Source: Neocallimastix sp. 'constans' (taxonomy: Eukaryota). From it: a stretch of 64,000 nucleotides of DNA. Below are positions 30,269-45,152 of this stretch, in pieces. A model generated the notes under the pieces. The model saw nothing but the letters and a program-made list of their open reading frames with translations, was not told the DNA's origin and did not search any database. The stretch lies in assembly GCA_050613775.1 (NCBI GenBank), contig JBODTK010000012.1:558001-622000 (forward strand). Reading direction: 5' to 3'. Numbering within the stretch: the stretch's first letter is position 1; every line of letters starts with the position of its first letter. Both the position numbers and the translations under genes were made by a program.

Positions 30269-30856
30269 ATGAAGAAAAAGAAAAAAATGAAAATGAAGAT
30301 GAAGAAAAAAAAAAAAGAAAAGAAGAGAAAGACGTTTATCAATGATTTTTCTTTGGAAAAACTATGCGATTTAGGGAAAGGAAAAGAAGTAATTGTTACC
30401 TTGGATGCAAATAATAACTCTTCTAAATATTTTTACCATTACGTAATGGCGAAAGGAAACAGTATCATAATTTCTAACTTATACTCATATATTTGTCAGA
30501 AACAAATGATAAAAAGAAATTATTTACAAAGGAAGTATTCAGAATATAAAAATGTCGCTAGAAATAATATTTATTATTACTATAATATTCTATACAATAG
30601 AAAATTGAATGATTTTAACAATATATTTGTCAGTTATATAAATTTTTGTTGTAGTTCTGAAGAAAATAATGCAGTAAACGAAGTAGGGTTTGAAGAAACT
30701 GAAGCTGAAAATATGAATGAAGATTATGATTTTGAAGAAGCTGGAATTGAAGAAGCTTAAATTGAAGAAACGGAAGCTGAGAATATGAATGAAGATCATG
30801 AATTTGAAGAAGCTGGAATTGAAGAAGCTAAAGCTGAAAATATGAATGAAGATCAG
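30269..30856 (+). pseudogene. Decayed ORF ending in an acidic ~72-bp coding tandem repeat (EETEAENMNED..FEEAGIEEA)
   Basis: The repeat continues past the TAA at 30758-30760, suggesting a nonsense mutation. Probably a repeat-element remnant. Confidence 0.4.
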
Positions 30857-30944
30857 CTAATTAAATTTTATGTATTAATACAAAAAGGTGTGAATTTCAC
30901 GATTTTAAAATATTTTCTTTAGTGTTTTTATTAAATAAAATTTT

Positions 30945-31135
30945 TATTAAATAAAATTTTCAATAAATAAATATTTTCAATAATTAAATTTTCAATAAAT
31001 TTTCAATAAATAAATTTTCAATAAATAAATTTTCAATAAATTTTCAATAAATAAATTTTCAATAAATAAATTTTCAATAAATAAATTTTCAATAAATTTT
31101 CAATAAATAAATTTTTAATAAATAAATTTTCAAAA
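30945..31135. repeat. (AATAAATTTTC/AATAAATAAATTTTC)n minisatellite
   Basis: Seen directly. Confidence 0.85.
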
Positions 31136-32053
31136 AAATTTATTTATAAAATTAATTATTTTTTTACTTCTTTTTAAGTATAAACTTTTTGAGATAATCT
31201 TGTTTTGTTTAATATATAATTCAATATAATAAGTAAAATGTTACATAGAATTCTATATCCAAGTTGACTCACTATTATCATTTGGAGTTGTGCAATTATT
31301 ATTATCATAATTATTAATATAATATCATGTGTCCATGATGATATATTCTACTCAAAAGCAATCTTTCTGACTAATATGCAGTTGCCAAGGGAGCTAGTAC
31401 ATATCTCATTGAATTAGGTTATACTGGCCCCACTTCAAAGGAAATGTGTTGTATTTCGCAATGTTGCATTTCGGAAACGCATTTAAAAAAAAAAAAATAA
31501 TTCGTAATATAGTGCCCCACATTTTTATTTTCATTTTAAATAATTGTAAATAAATATATAAATATATAAATAAATAGTCATAGAAATAAATATAAATGGG
31601 TTAATTTTTTTGTTTTTTTTTTTTTGTTTTGTTTCTTTTTAAATTTTAAGTATCTAAAAATTTTTCTCATAAGCATTTTTTTTATAATTGTTAATATTAT
31701 AAAAGAAAAAAATAATAAAAAGGTGAATTAAATAAATAAACAATAGATAAAATTAATAATAAAAAATTAAATAAATAAATAACTAATAAATTATAAAAAA
31801 AAAAATATTTTATTTTTAACCATTAAAAATGGAAAAAAAATTCAAAAACTGAAAAAAGTGAAACAAATAAAGTAAAAGAACAAATTATTATAAATAAATA
31901 TAATTTATATCCTTAAAATTTAATATTATTAAATATTAAATATTTATTTATTTAATATAATTTAAGCCACTTTTCTTTAACGATTTATTTAACTGTTTAT
32001 TTATGTACGCCACTTTTTATATATAATCACATTCAAAAAAGCCACGTTCCGAA

Positions 32054-32290
32054 ATGCGACACTCTCCTTCAAAGAGAAGCACTCTGAGAAAAAGCGTATT
32101 AAAATATTCTCAGCAATATTATGAATGCCAGAGCGTCAATGCAGAACACTCAATAAAGCCATCCAGCAAGGACAATATCCGCCTATGCGAAAGAACACAG
32201 AAGTGTTGTGATTATTCCAATATTTTCATTCCTTTAGGGGGTAGGCTGAATATATGGAGGATACACACCTGAAGTAAAAATAAAAAAAAA
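32054..32290 (+). mobile_element. Probable 3' end of a non-LTR retroelement (GC-richer island ending in ...acacacctgaagt + A-tail)
   Basis: GC-richer than its surroundings and ends in an A-tail. Its terminal 18 nt recur (17/18) in opposite orientation at 32657-32674, again with an A/TAA tail. Confidence 0.4.
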
Positions 32291-32377
32291 CTTTTTATAT
32301 TTTTATTAATAAATAGAAGCCATATTTTCCTTTTGAAAAATAATAAATATTTATATCCTATCAAAAAAAAAAAAAAA

Positions 32378-32455
<78 letters not shown>

Positions 32456-33051
32456 ACAAGTTCTTCAATCAATAATATAAACAATAACTTAAAAATTAAA
32501 AACTAAAAATGTTAAAAAAGAAAGAAAAATAATAAATACATTTTTAAATAATAATAAACAATTAAATAAATTAATAAACTATTTATATATATATATTTAT
32601 TTTTTATTTTTAATCAACATCATGTAATCCTTTACTATAATTATTATTATTATTTTTTTTTACTTCTGGTGTGTTCCGCCCTAAAATATATATTCCTAAT
32701 ATTAAAAAATATATATATATATATTTACTTTATTTCAATATTTCAATTTGTTCCTATGATTATAAAGATTAAACATATATATATATCATAAAAAATATGA
32801 AAATATAATAATAATTATAATAATAAATTATTACTATTAATAATATCTTCTTTTTTTTTTTTTTTATTTTATTTTTATATTTTTATTTTATTTTATTTTT
32901 ATTTTATTTTATTTTATTTATTTTTTTTTTTTTTTTTTAATTTATTTTTATAAAAAATGTTTTTTTGTTTTCCTTTTGAAGTTATACTAATTTTTTTTTT
33001 TTTTTTTTCACTATAATTATTATTATTTAAAAACTTTTTTTCTATTTATTT

Positions 33052-35738
<2,687 letters not shown>

Positions 35739-36687
35739 GCTTAGATTTGATTATAAAAAAAAAAATATATATATATATATATAATTACTTTATTATCTAT
35801 CCTTTGAACTTTTTATTTTTATTTTATTTTATTTTATTTTTTTTTGGATATAATTATATTATTAATTCAAGTAAATCCTTTTTGTTTTATAAATATTTAT
35901 ATTAAAAACATAATTTTAAATGAATTATATAAGATATTTTTTTTTTGATTTATAAATATTTTATATAGAATATATATATATTATTAAATATTTTATTGTT
36001 GATTGCCATTAAACGATATTAATTAATTTATCAAATATTAAGGTATTTTTTATTTTTTTATTAAAAGAATGAAGTATTTTATATTTTTTTATCATATTTG
36101 TTTTTTAATTATATTGATTTAAAATAGTTTTAAATTTATTTTTTATTATCTTAATTTTTTTCTAAACATACTTTTCTCTTCATATATGAAAAAGAAAATA
36201 ATAAAAAAATAATATATATATAAACATAAATATAAAATATAAAATATATATTTATATTAATATTTATATATATTGATTTATTTATATATAAACAAAGAAA
36301 AGCATGTCAATAAAATATAAAATTATTTACAAAATATAAAACTTTTAGTATATATTTGAAAATGAAAAATGAAAATAAAAAAAAAACTGTAATAATATTA
36401 AAATAAAAATTCACTTTATTTTTAATATATTAATCCACTTTAAATTTTATTTATTATTAAATAATTATTTATAGGTATTTATATAATTATTCTAAATTTA
36501 TTTATTATTAAATAATTATTTATATATTTATATAATTATTCATTATTTATTTATTTATTTATTTATTTACTTATTTTTATATTATTCATTATTATAATTA
36601 TAAATAATAAAATATTATTTACATTTTATTTATTATTTGTAATTTTCTATTAATTATTTATTATTTATTATTTATTATTTATTATTT

Positions 36688-36775
<88 letters not shown>

Positions 36776-38623
36776 TTTTATTATTTATATATATTATTTA
36801 TTTATTTATTATTTATTATTTATTATTTATTAATAAATACTCTTTTTATTATTTATTATTTATTATTTTTTAATTATTATTTATTATTTATTATTTATTA
36901 TTTATTATTTATTATTATTATTTATTATTTATTATTATTTATTATTTATTATTTATTATTTATTATTTATTATTTATTATTTATTATTTATTATTTATTA
37001 TTTAGAATTTTGAAATTATTATATACTACTTATATCTATATTATATTTATTAATATTTAAATATATAAAATTATTTTTAAATAGAATATTAATAATTCAA
37101 TTGTTTCATTTTTTTCTTCCAGAAAAAATTTTTATGATATAAAATTTCATTTAATTATTTATTTTATTTATTAAATTTAATATGAATTTATTATTATAAT
37201 TATTAATAATGAATTATTTAATATATTAAATTTATTTAAATTCTTATTTTTTTCAAATTTCTGTTTAATTATGGGTTAGGTAAATAATATGTATTACAAA
37301 TATTTTCTAAAAATATTATTTTTTTTTATCATAGCATATTTTGTATATTTATATTTAGATATGGTTATAAAAAATTTATTAAAAATATTTTCCATTGATA
37401 ATATTTTCAAAAATAAATAAAGTATTTATTTTATTCATATATATATATTTTTTAATAATGTTTAGTGTCTAATTATTTTTATATATGAAAAGAAGAAGAT
37501 ATATTTGAATTTAATTTAATTAAATTGAAATTATTATAGTACATTTCTTTTAATTCTATTTTTAAAATTTTATGAAAAAATTTATATATTCACAAATTTT
37601 TATGATTTTTCTTAATTTTTTAATTTCGGTATAAATATTATTATATAAAATTTGTTATTTATAAAATATAATACGATGTTTTAATAATTTATTTATATAT
37701 AATGAATAAAATATGAAAATAAAAATTTAATTTGAATTTCAAAATTTGAAATTTTTTTTCATTTCTCTAGATTTTTTTTTTTTTTTTTTTTTACTTTGGT
37801 TGTTTTTATTTATTAATAATAATAATATTTTGCTTAAAATATACATCTAGGTTTTATATTTTCACCATTTTTCTTTTTAAAATATATTTCATAAATTTAT
37901 AATTCAAAATTATTATTTTATATTAACATTCTTACCTGTATATTAATTTTCAAAAAATTTGTATTTAGAGTGATATTGTCAAATTATAAAAAAAGTTAAA
38001 AAATAAACATTATACAAACTACTTTATATAAATTTGATATTGATCATTTTTTTATAATTAATTTAATTATAATATATTTTAATATATTATATTAATTTTA
38101 TTATGTAACTATAATATATTATTTTATTAAAGGAATCTATATAAATAAAAAATATTAAATATTAAATAATATTATATAAATAATATATAAATTATAAATA
38201 TTAAATAATATTACATAAATAATATATAAATATTAAATATTAAATAATATTACATAAATAATATATATAAATAATATATAAATAAATAAATTATAGCCAA
38301 AGTTAATAAAATATTAAATTTAATTTTATTAAATATATTGTAAATACAAATTAAATATAATTAATATTTATCTAAAACAAGCTACAATTAAATATAAAAA
38401 CATGTAATCTTTTCCGTATTTTAAATCTTTATTGATTGTTTATTAATATTCTATAAACAATAAATTTGTATTAATTAATAAACAGTCTCATTTGAAAATT
38501 AATGATAGTGCCGAATGTTTTATTGTTTTGTTTACAAGAGTTCCAATTTCAAAATGTGGAAAAAGTTACTAACATTCTGAAAGCTAAACGTCACTTCCAA
38601 TATTTTTAATAAAGCCGATAAAG

Positions 38624-41600
38624 ATGATGGAAACTTTAGAGAAATTGATAAAAATAATTCAGAAGTCGTGGCCATCATTATCGGTCCATGAATCAATTTA
38701 TAACGATATCGAAGTTTTGGAATCTGCTTCAGATATGATCAAGAAATTAGAAGAGATAAACCAAGAAACGCATGAACATATCTTTGAAAAATTAATCAAG
38801 CAATTGAAAACTATGAAGCCGTTTAACTTTATGGAAGTTTTAAAAGGTTTATCTGATATGTTAAATATTTTTAACAAGCTTAAAAACAACAATTATTATA
38901 TGTGGGAAAATGACATGGTCCAGTATATATTTAAAGTATTACAATAGGAATTATAAATTGCTTTTCTACACGAACCTGGTAAAATAGTTTAAAATTATTA
39001 CGATTTTATCAAATCTAAGAATATATTTATCAGATACATGAATGAACAAAGAAAAATAAAGCAATAAAATAATCATAATAATCATAATAGGTATAATGAT
39101 TCCATGAACTTAGATTTAGTATTTAATAGAAACTACAAAAATAAAAGCCACAGACAAAACAATTTCCAATAAGAAAAACCCCAGAAAATATTATCACATA
39201 TGTAGATAACAAGGCCACTTAACTAACGTGTGTCATTACAACGGTAGAAGAAATGAAAACATGAATCAATCTAAATTTAATAATAATAATAAAAGCTATG
39301 ATAATAAATTTAATAATAATAATAATAAAATCAAAAATAATAATGATATTGTAATGTGCTGGTCCATTTATAAAACAATAGGCAACACTGGAAATTAATA
39401 ATAAGCTAAAACGTTTTTTAAAAATTTTGTTTTATTAATTTATTAAAATAAAATTTATTAAAGTAATTATTTATTAATTAATTAATTAATTTTGTAATAT
39501 ATCAAATTACTTATTATAAATTGATTAATTAATAAATGCACGAATTTTAATAACATTTCTTTTGTGAAAATTTTACTCATATTTATACTTTTTACTGAAA
39601 AACAGTTTGTATGATTTTCAAAAATTTTAGAATCATAGAAAAATCGTTTAAAACTGATTTTCTCGGTTAAATTAGAAACTAATGGAAGAAAGGATAAAAT
39701 AAAATAAACAATTCAATTTGATTATTAAGAATTTCTATGAAATTCTTAAAGAAAATACAGAAAGAATTAGCTAGAATAATGAATATAAAATATTTAAAAA
39801 GTAGGCTTAAGTGTGAATCGAACTCGAATAGTTCGATTCTAGGTTATAGCTCTAACAGCTATACCAAGATTTCCTTTTACAAATTTTAGTATTCGTTACG
39901 TGGTCCTCCTCAAGGATTCGGATACCAGACGAATCTTAAATTTAAATTTTTTTTTTTTAAAATTATATAAACTAATCTATATTAATAATATATCAAATAA
40001 ATTTTTTATCAAAGAATTATACATGAGTACATTTTCAAATACATGTTAATAATAAAATACATGAAATATTTAGATTTAAAAATATAGTATATAAAAAGGA
40101 ACTATCTAAGATATATGTTTTTTTTTTTTTTTTTTTTTGTATAAAATTAAAATATTAAACTATAAGTGATAATAATAATACTGATAATAGTAAAAAAAAT
40201 GTAATGTATAATTATTTATTTTCATTGAATTTTTTAATAAGTTCTGGACAATTAAGATTGCTTTCGGGTTTTCAGGAGACATCGGATAATGAATGGCCTT
40301 TCCATTTTATAAGATATTGTGTTTTTCCATAATGTTTTCTTACATCAAGAATTTCTTCTATTTCAAATTCTTCTTCTTCATTTATACTTATTGGTGGTGG
40401 TGATTCTTGTTTTCTTCCAAAGTTATCTTCATAATACAATTAAAGTTCAGATACATGAATCACAGAGTGTATTTTTAAGTTGTTTGGTAATTCTAATTGG
40501 TACGATACTGGTGAGATTTTCTTGATAATTTTGAAAGGTCCAAGTTTTCTAGTTTTTAATTTTTTATTACCTTTATGTATTGCAAGTGAGCTGTTCAACC
40601 ATACTTTATCACCAAGTTTAAGATTTGGTGCATCAGATCGATGTTTATTTGCAAATTGTTCTTGTTTCTTACTTGCTTCCTTTAAGTTTTCTTTTAGTTC
40701 TTTGGCTAATTCTGAAAAATATTTTATTATTTCATCAGCTCGTAGTACATTTGAACTACTAGGAATTGCAGGTGAATGTCTTGGATTATAGCCATAATTT
40801 GCAAAAAATGGGGAATGTTTAATTGATTCTTGTACTGCATTATTATAACTAAATTCTGCAAGGAATAAATATTTTGACCAGTCAGAGCCACGAAAACTAG
40901 CATAGCATCTTAGATATTGTTCGATAACGGAGTTTACCCTCTCCGTTAAACCGTTGGTTTGATGGTGAAAAGGAGAAGCAAGTTTCATGTTTATTCGAAA
41001 AGACTTACAAATAGCAGACCAAAATTTAGAGGTAAATTGGGTGCCGCTATCAAAAATAATTTCAGAAGGAAATCCATGAAGGCCAAAAATATTGTTCATA
41101 AAAGAGGAAGCAGTATCAATAGCAGAAGAAACTTTTGGGAAAGGAATAAAATGCAAGTAAAACCATTAGATAATGGAAGATCTGTAATAAAGTCCATAGC
41201 AAGAGAAGACCAAGGTTTTGAAGGAATTTCGAGAGGTTGGAGAAAACCATAGGGTTTATGTTTAAAATCTTTTGAACGAGAACAAGTATCACAAGAACGA
41301 ATGTAATTTTTAACATCAGAGTAAAGAAAAGGCCACCAAAAGTCACGATATATTAGAGAAGAAGTCTTTTTAATTCCATAATGACCAGCTGAGGGAGAAT
41401 CATGGCAAATGTTAAGAACGGTAGAACAAGATTTTGGAGGAACATAGATTTTATTTTTATACAAAAAAAAACTGTTACTAATAGAAAAGTTTTTTAATCT
41501 GGAATTGTTGGAATCATCTGAACTTGATTCATTATAAATGTCAGAATAAAATTCATCATTTTTTGCATTCATTTAAAATTTGATCATTGAAGGAAGAAAC

Positions 41601-43541
41601 AAAAGAAGTAATAGCACAGAAGTTTTCTGGACGAAGAACAGTAAATGGAACATCACAAGAAGAAGGATTATCGTTTTCTGAGGCATAGTCAGGTCGACGG
41701 GAAAGAGCATCAGGTTTACCATTAGCGGAACCAGCACGATATACAATTTTAAAATTGAAATCAGAAAGAAAAAGGGTTAAGCGAACCAAGCGTTGAGTCA
41801 TTTTCTCTGGTTTCTTATGATATAAAAGATTCCGATGGTCAGAGAAAATTGCGAAAGGAGTAGAGGTACCTTTTAATAAATGTCTCAATTGTTCAAGGGC
41901 TTCTACGATAGCTAAAAGTTCTTTATCTTAGATAGGATAATTACGTTCGGCAGAAGTTAGAGATCTAGAAAAGAATGAGACTGGTTGAACTTTATTATCT
42001 TTAGAAGAAGTTTGTGAAAGAATAGTTCCTATCGCAAAATTACTGCTATCAGTCTCAACAAGAGAAGGAAGATCACAATTGGGATAAACTAAAACAGGGG
42101 CAGAAGAAAACTTTGATTTGATGTTATCAAATGCGGTTTGAATTTCAGTAAACCAATTAAATTTAGAGTTTTTCTTTAATAAACAATGAAGAGAATGAGC
42201 AATGGATGTAAAACTAGGAATAAATTGTCGATAATAATTCGCTAGTCCGAGAAATGATTGTAATTCTTTAACATTTTTAGGGATTGGCCATTCTAAAATA
42301 GAAGAAACTTTTTTAGGGTCCATGAATATTCCATCTGAAGAAATTCTGTGACCAAGGAAGTCCAAGAATGGTACTCAAAATTCACATTTTTCCAATTTTG
42401 CATATAAGCCAGCTTTTCTTAGTCTTTTTAAAATTCAATAAGATATTGGAAGTGAATATCCATGTCGGGAGAAAAAATAATTATATCATCGATATAACAA
42501 TAAACGAAAGAACCAATAATGTCTTCAAATATATCATTAATGAAATGTTGAAATACAGCGGGTGCATTTTTTAATCCAAAAGGCATGACTAAATACTCAT
42601 AGTGACCATATTTACAAGTGAATGCTGTTTTATATTCGTCACCTTCTTTGATCCTAATCAAATTATATACTGAACGAAGATCTAATTTAGAGAAGACTTC
42701 GCCTTTACTAAGATTTTCTAACATATCATTAATTAATGGAAGAGGATATGAGTCTCGGATGGTGACTTCATTTAAAGGTCGATAATCTACTACAAGCCTA
42801 AGATCATTAACGTCTTTCTTAGGAACAAAGAAAACAGAAGCAGCGGCTGGGGATTTAGATTTTCTAATAAATTTTTTATCTTCATTTTCTTTAATATATT
42901 TTTTTAAAGCAAGGGATTCTTTTTCAGTTAAGGGATAAATTGGACCATAATGAATTTTTGCATTTTGTTTAAGTTTAATCTCGCAATCATAAGGATGATG
43001 AGGTGGTAATTCATTAGCAGATTTTTCGTCAAATACATCTTTGAATGGAAGAACTTTTGCAGGTAATATTTTTTGAATATTATTATTTGTTTCATTATGT
43101 TCTTCATTCTTATTTGAGTTATATTCTTAAGTACAAATGGAAGTAGCAAAAGATGATGGAATAACAAAACAGTTAGCAATGCAATGATTTGATTTAAAAA
43201 AAAGTTTATTTGAAGTAAAGTCTATAGTAGGGTTATGAGTAATTTGATATATTACAAAATTAATTAATTAATTAATAAATAATTACTTTAATAAATTTTA
43301 TTTTAATAAATTAATAAAACAAAATTTTTTAAAAAACATTTTAGATTATTATTAATTTCCAGTGTTGCCTATTGTTTTATAAGTGGACCAGCACATTACA
43401 GATATAAATAATAGTAAAAATTATAAAAATAATAATAAATATTATAATAAAATTTATAAAAATCAGAGTAATTCCAAAATTTTCAAAATAACTTAAAAAA
43501 TTCTTATAATAATATATTTTTAATTTATGAAAATTTTAATT

Positions 43542-43583
<42 letters not shown>

Positions 43584-43740
43584 CAAAATTTTATTAATAA
43601 AAATTTTTTATCAGATGAATATAAAAATAATAGTTTTATTAACACTAATTCAAATAATAATAATCTAAATATTAATAGAAATAATAAAAGAAAATCTAAT
43701 TTTATCAAAAATATTGGGAACTGTTTATTCCACATATAAA
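38624..43740 (+). mobile_element. Degenerate Ty1/Copia-like gag remnant (38624-39349, Asn-rich continuation after 43400) interrupted by the Gypsy insertion
   Basis: SLSVHESIYNDIEVLESASDMIKKL resembles a copia gag motif. Decayed zinc knuckle KYYHICR*QGHLTNVCHYN at ~39186-39245. Confidence 0.55.
39350..43400 (-). mobile_element. 5'-truncated chromovirus (Ty3/Gypsy): protease end-RT-RNaseH-integrase-chromodomain (43240-40212, frameshifted), 3' LTR 39900-39350, inverted LTR end 43400-43238, TSD GATAT
   Basis: HNPTIDF, FSKLDLR, VMPFGLKNAPA, YIDD, ETDSS, SDHRNL, HHCC, SPFHHQTNGLTER, LGPF, and chromodomain EFEIEEIL..QYLIKWKG. PPT-like gaggagg at 39911-39905. GATAT at 39345-39349 and 43401-43405. 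Confidence 0.95.
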
Positions 43741-43771
43741 ATGGTAAATAATCAATAATCAAGAATAAAAT

Positions 43772-44020
43772 AAAAAATAAATAATAAATAATAAATAATT
43801 GAATAATTGAATAATTGAATAATAAATAATAAATAATAAATAATAAATAATAAATAATAAATAATAAATAATAAATAATAAATAATAAATAATAAATAAT
43901 AAATTATAAATAATAAATAATTGAATAATAAATAATAAATAATAAATAATAAATAATAAATAATAAATAGTAAATAATAAATAATAAATAATAAATAATA
44001 AATAATAATTAATAAATAAA
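43772..44020. repeat. (AATAAAT)n microsatellite
   Basis: Seen directly. Confidence 0.9.
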
Positions 44021-44790
44021 AAAGACAATTAAAGGAAATAGTTTAATTATAAAAAACTATTACAAATATAAATAATTAAAATAGATAAATAAAGCATAAA
44101 TAACGAGATAAAAAGAGATATAAAGACAGAGAAATTAATTGCTAGTTTTAGAATTTTAAACTCTTTAATTAATGAAAGAGAATAATAATTATCGATGGAA
44201 GTTTAATCTTCTTAAACTATTTAAAGACAAATATTATATATTAATTTATTAATTTAACCAATATATATGACTTTAAAGAGTTTTAAGTTTATATATTACG
44301 AAAAAGGAATTTTTAAATAATTAATTAGTATTAGATTTATAGTTTTTTTTTTTTTTTTTTTATTCTTGTACAAATTTTATTAGTATAGTTATAATAATAT
44401 GTATCAAATAGTTAATTATAATAATATAGTAACAAAAAAAATTTATTTATTTGAAATTTTATAATTAAGATTATTATAATTTTTATTATTATTTTAAGTT
44501 TTTTTTTATAAGATATATTAAAGTTTAAAAAGTAAAAAATTTTTTATTAAAAGTTGAAATTACTTTATTCCATTCTATTCCATTTTATTATCTTTTGTTC
44601 TTAGATAATAATAAAAACTTTAAAATTTTATAATAAATAATTTATAGTATCTTTTCATTAAGAAATATATATTTTTGTCTTATTTTTTTTTTTAAGTATT
44701 ATAATTATTATTATAAATTAATTTTTTTTTTTAATTTATAGTTTGTAAATTTTATAATTTTGAAAAAACCACCAAAAAAAAAAAAAAAAC

Positions 44791-44799
44791 TATAAATAG
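44791..44799 (+). promoter_or_regulatory. Candidate TATA box for the 87-aa gene
   Basis: TATAAATAG ~100 nt upstream of the ATG, followed by a T-rich tract. Weak evidence in such AT-rich DNA. Confidence 0.3.
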
Positions 44800-44888
44800 C
44801 CGTTAAAATTCGTATTTTTTTTTTTTTCATTTTCATTTTTCTCTAAATTTTTTTAAATAAAGGAAAAAAGAAAGTAAAATAAGAAAAA

Positions 44889-45152
44889 ATGTCTGAACCA
44901 ACAGAGATTCCAGCAATCGTTAAGAAGTACTTCCCAAATGGTCGTCCAGAATCATTAAAGAAGCTTTTCCCTAATGGCCCACCACCAAAAGAATTCTTTG
45001 AAGGTTGGGAACCAGGTAAGATTCCACCAAAGTTCAAGGAAATTTTCAAGGACGGTGTTCCAGATGATCTTAAGGTCTTTAAGGATGGTATTCCAGAAGA
45101 TTTCCAAAAGTTCTTGGATGAAAGAGCTGCTGAAATCCTTGGTAAGAAGTAA
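44889..45152 (+). CDS. 87-aa intronless protein with internal F-[PK]-[ND]-G-x-P repeats; unknown function
   Basis: AAAAAATG start context. Marked use of TTC/AAG/CCA/GGT/ATC codons in an AT-rich genome. Sharp GC boundaries at start and stop. Confidence 0.85.
   Translation: MSEPTEIPAIVKKYFPNGRPESLKKLFPNGPPPKEFFEGWEPGKIPPKFKEIFKDGVPDDLKVFKDGIPEDFQKFLDERAAEILGKK

Noticed and set aside
31240..31430. Possible Hsp70-like fragment (YAVAKGAS)
   Set aside because: Too short and interrupted to support.
39811..39866. tRNA gene
   Set aside because: A B-box-like motif only; I could not build a cloverleaf, and it lies within an LTR.
39350..43400. DIRS element or DNA transposon, suggested by the inverted termini
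   Set aside because: It encodes a DDE integrase plus chromodomain, with no tyrosine recombinase or transposase, and has a 5-bp TSD.
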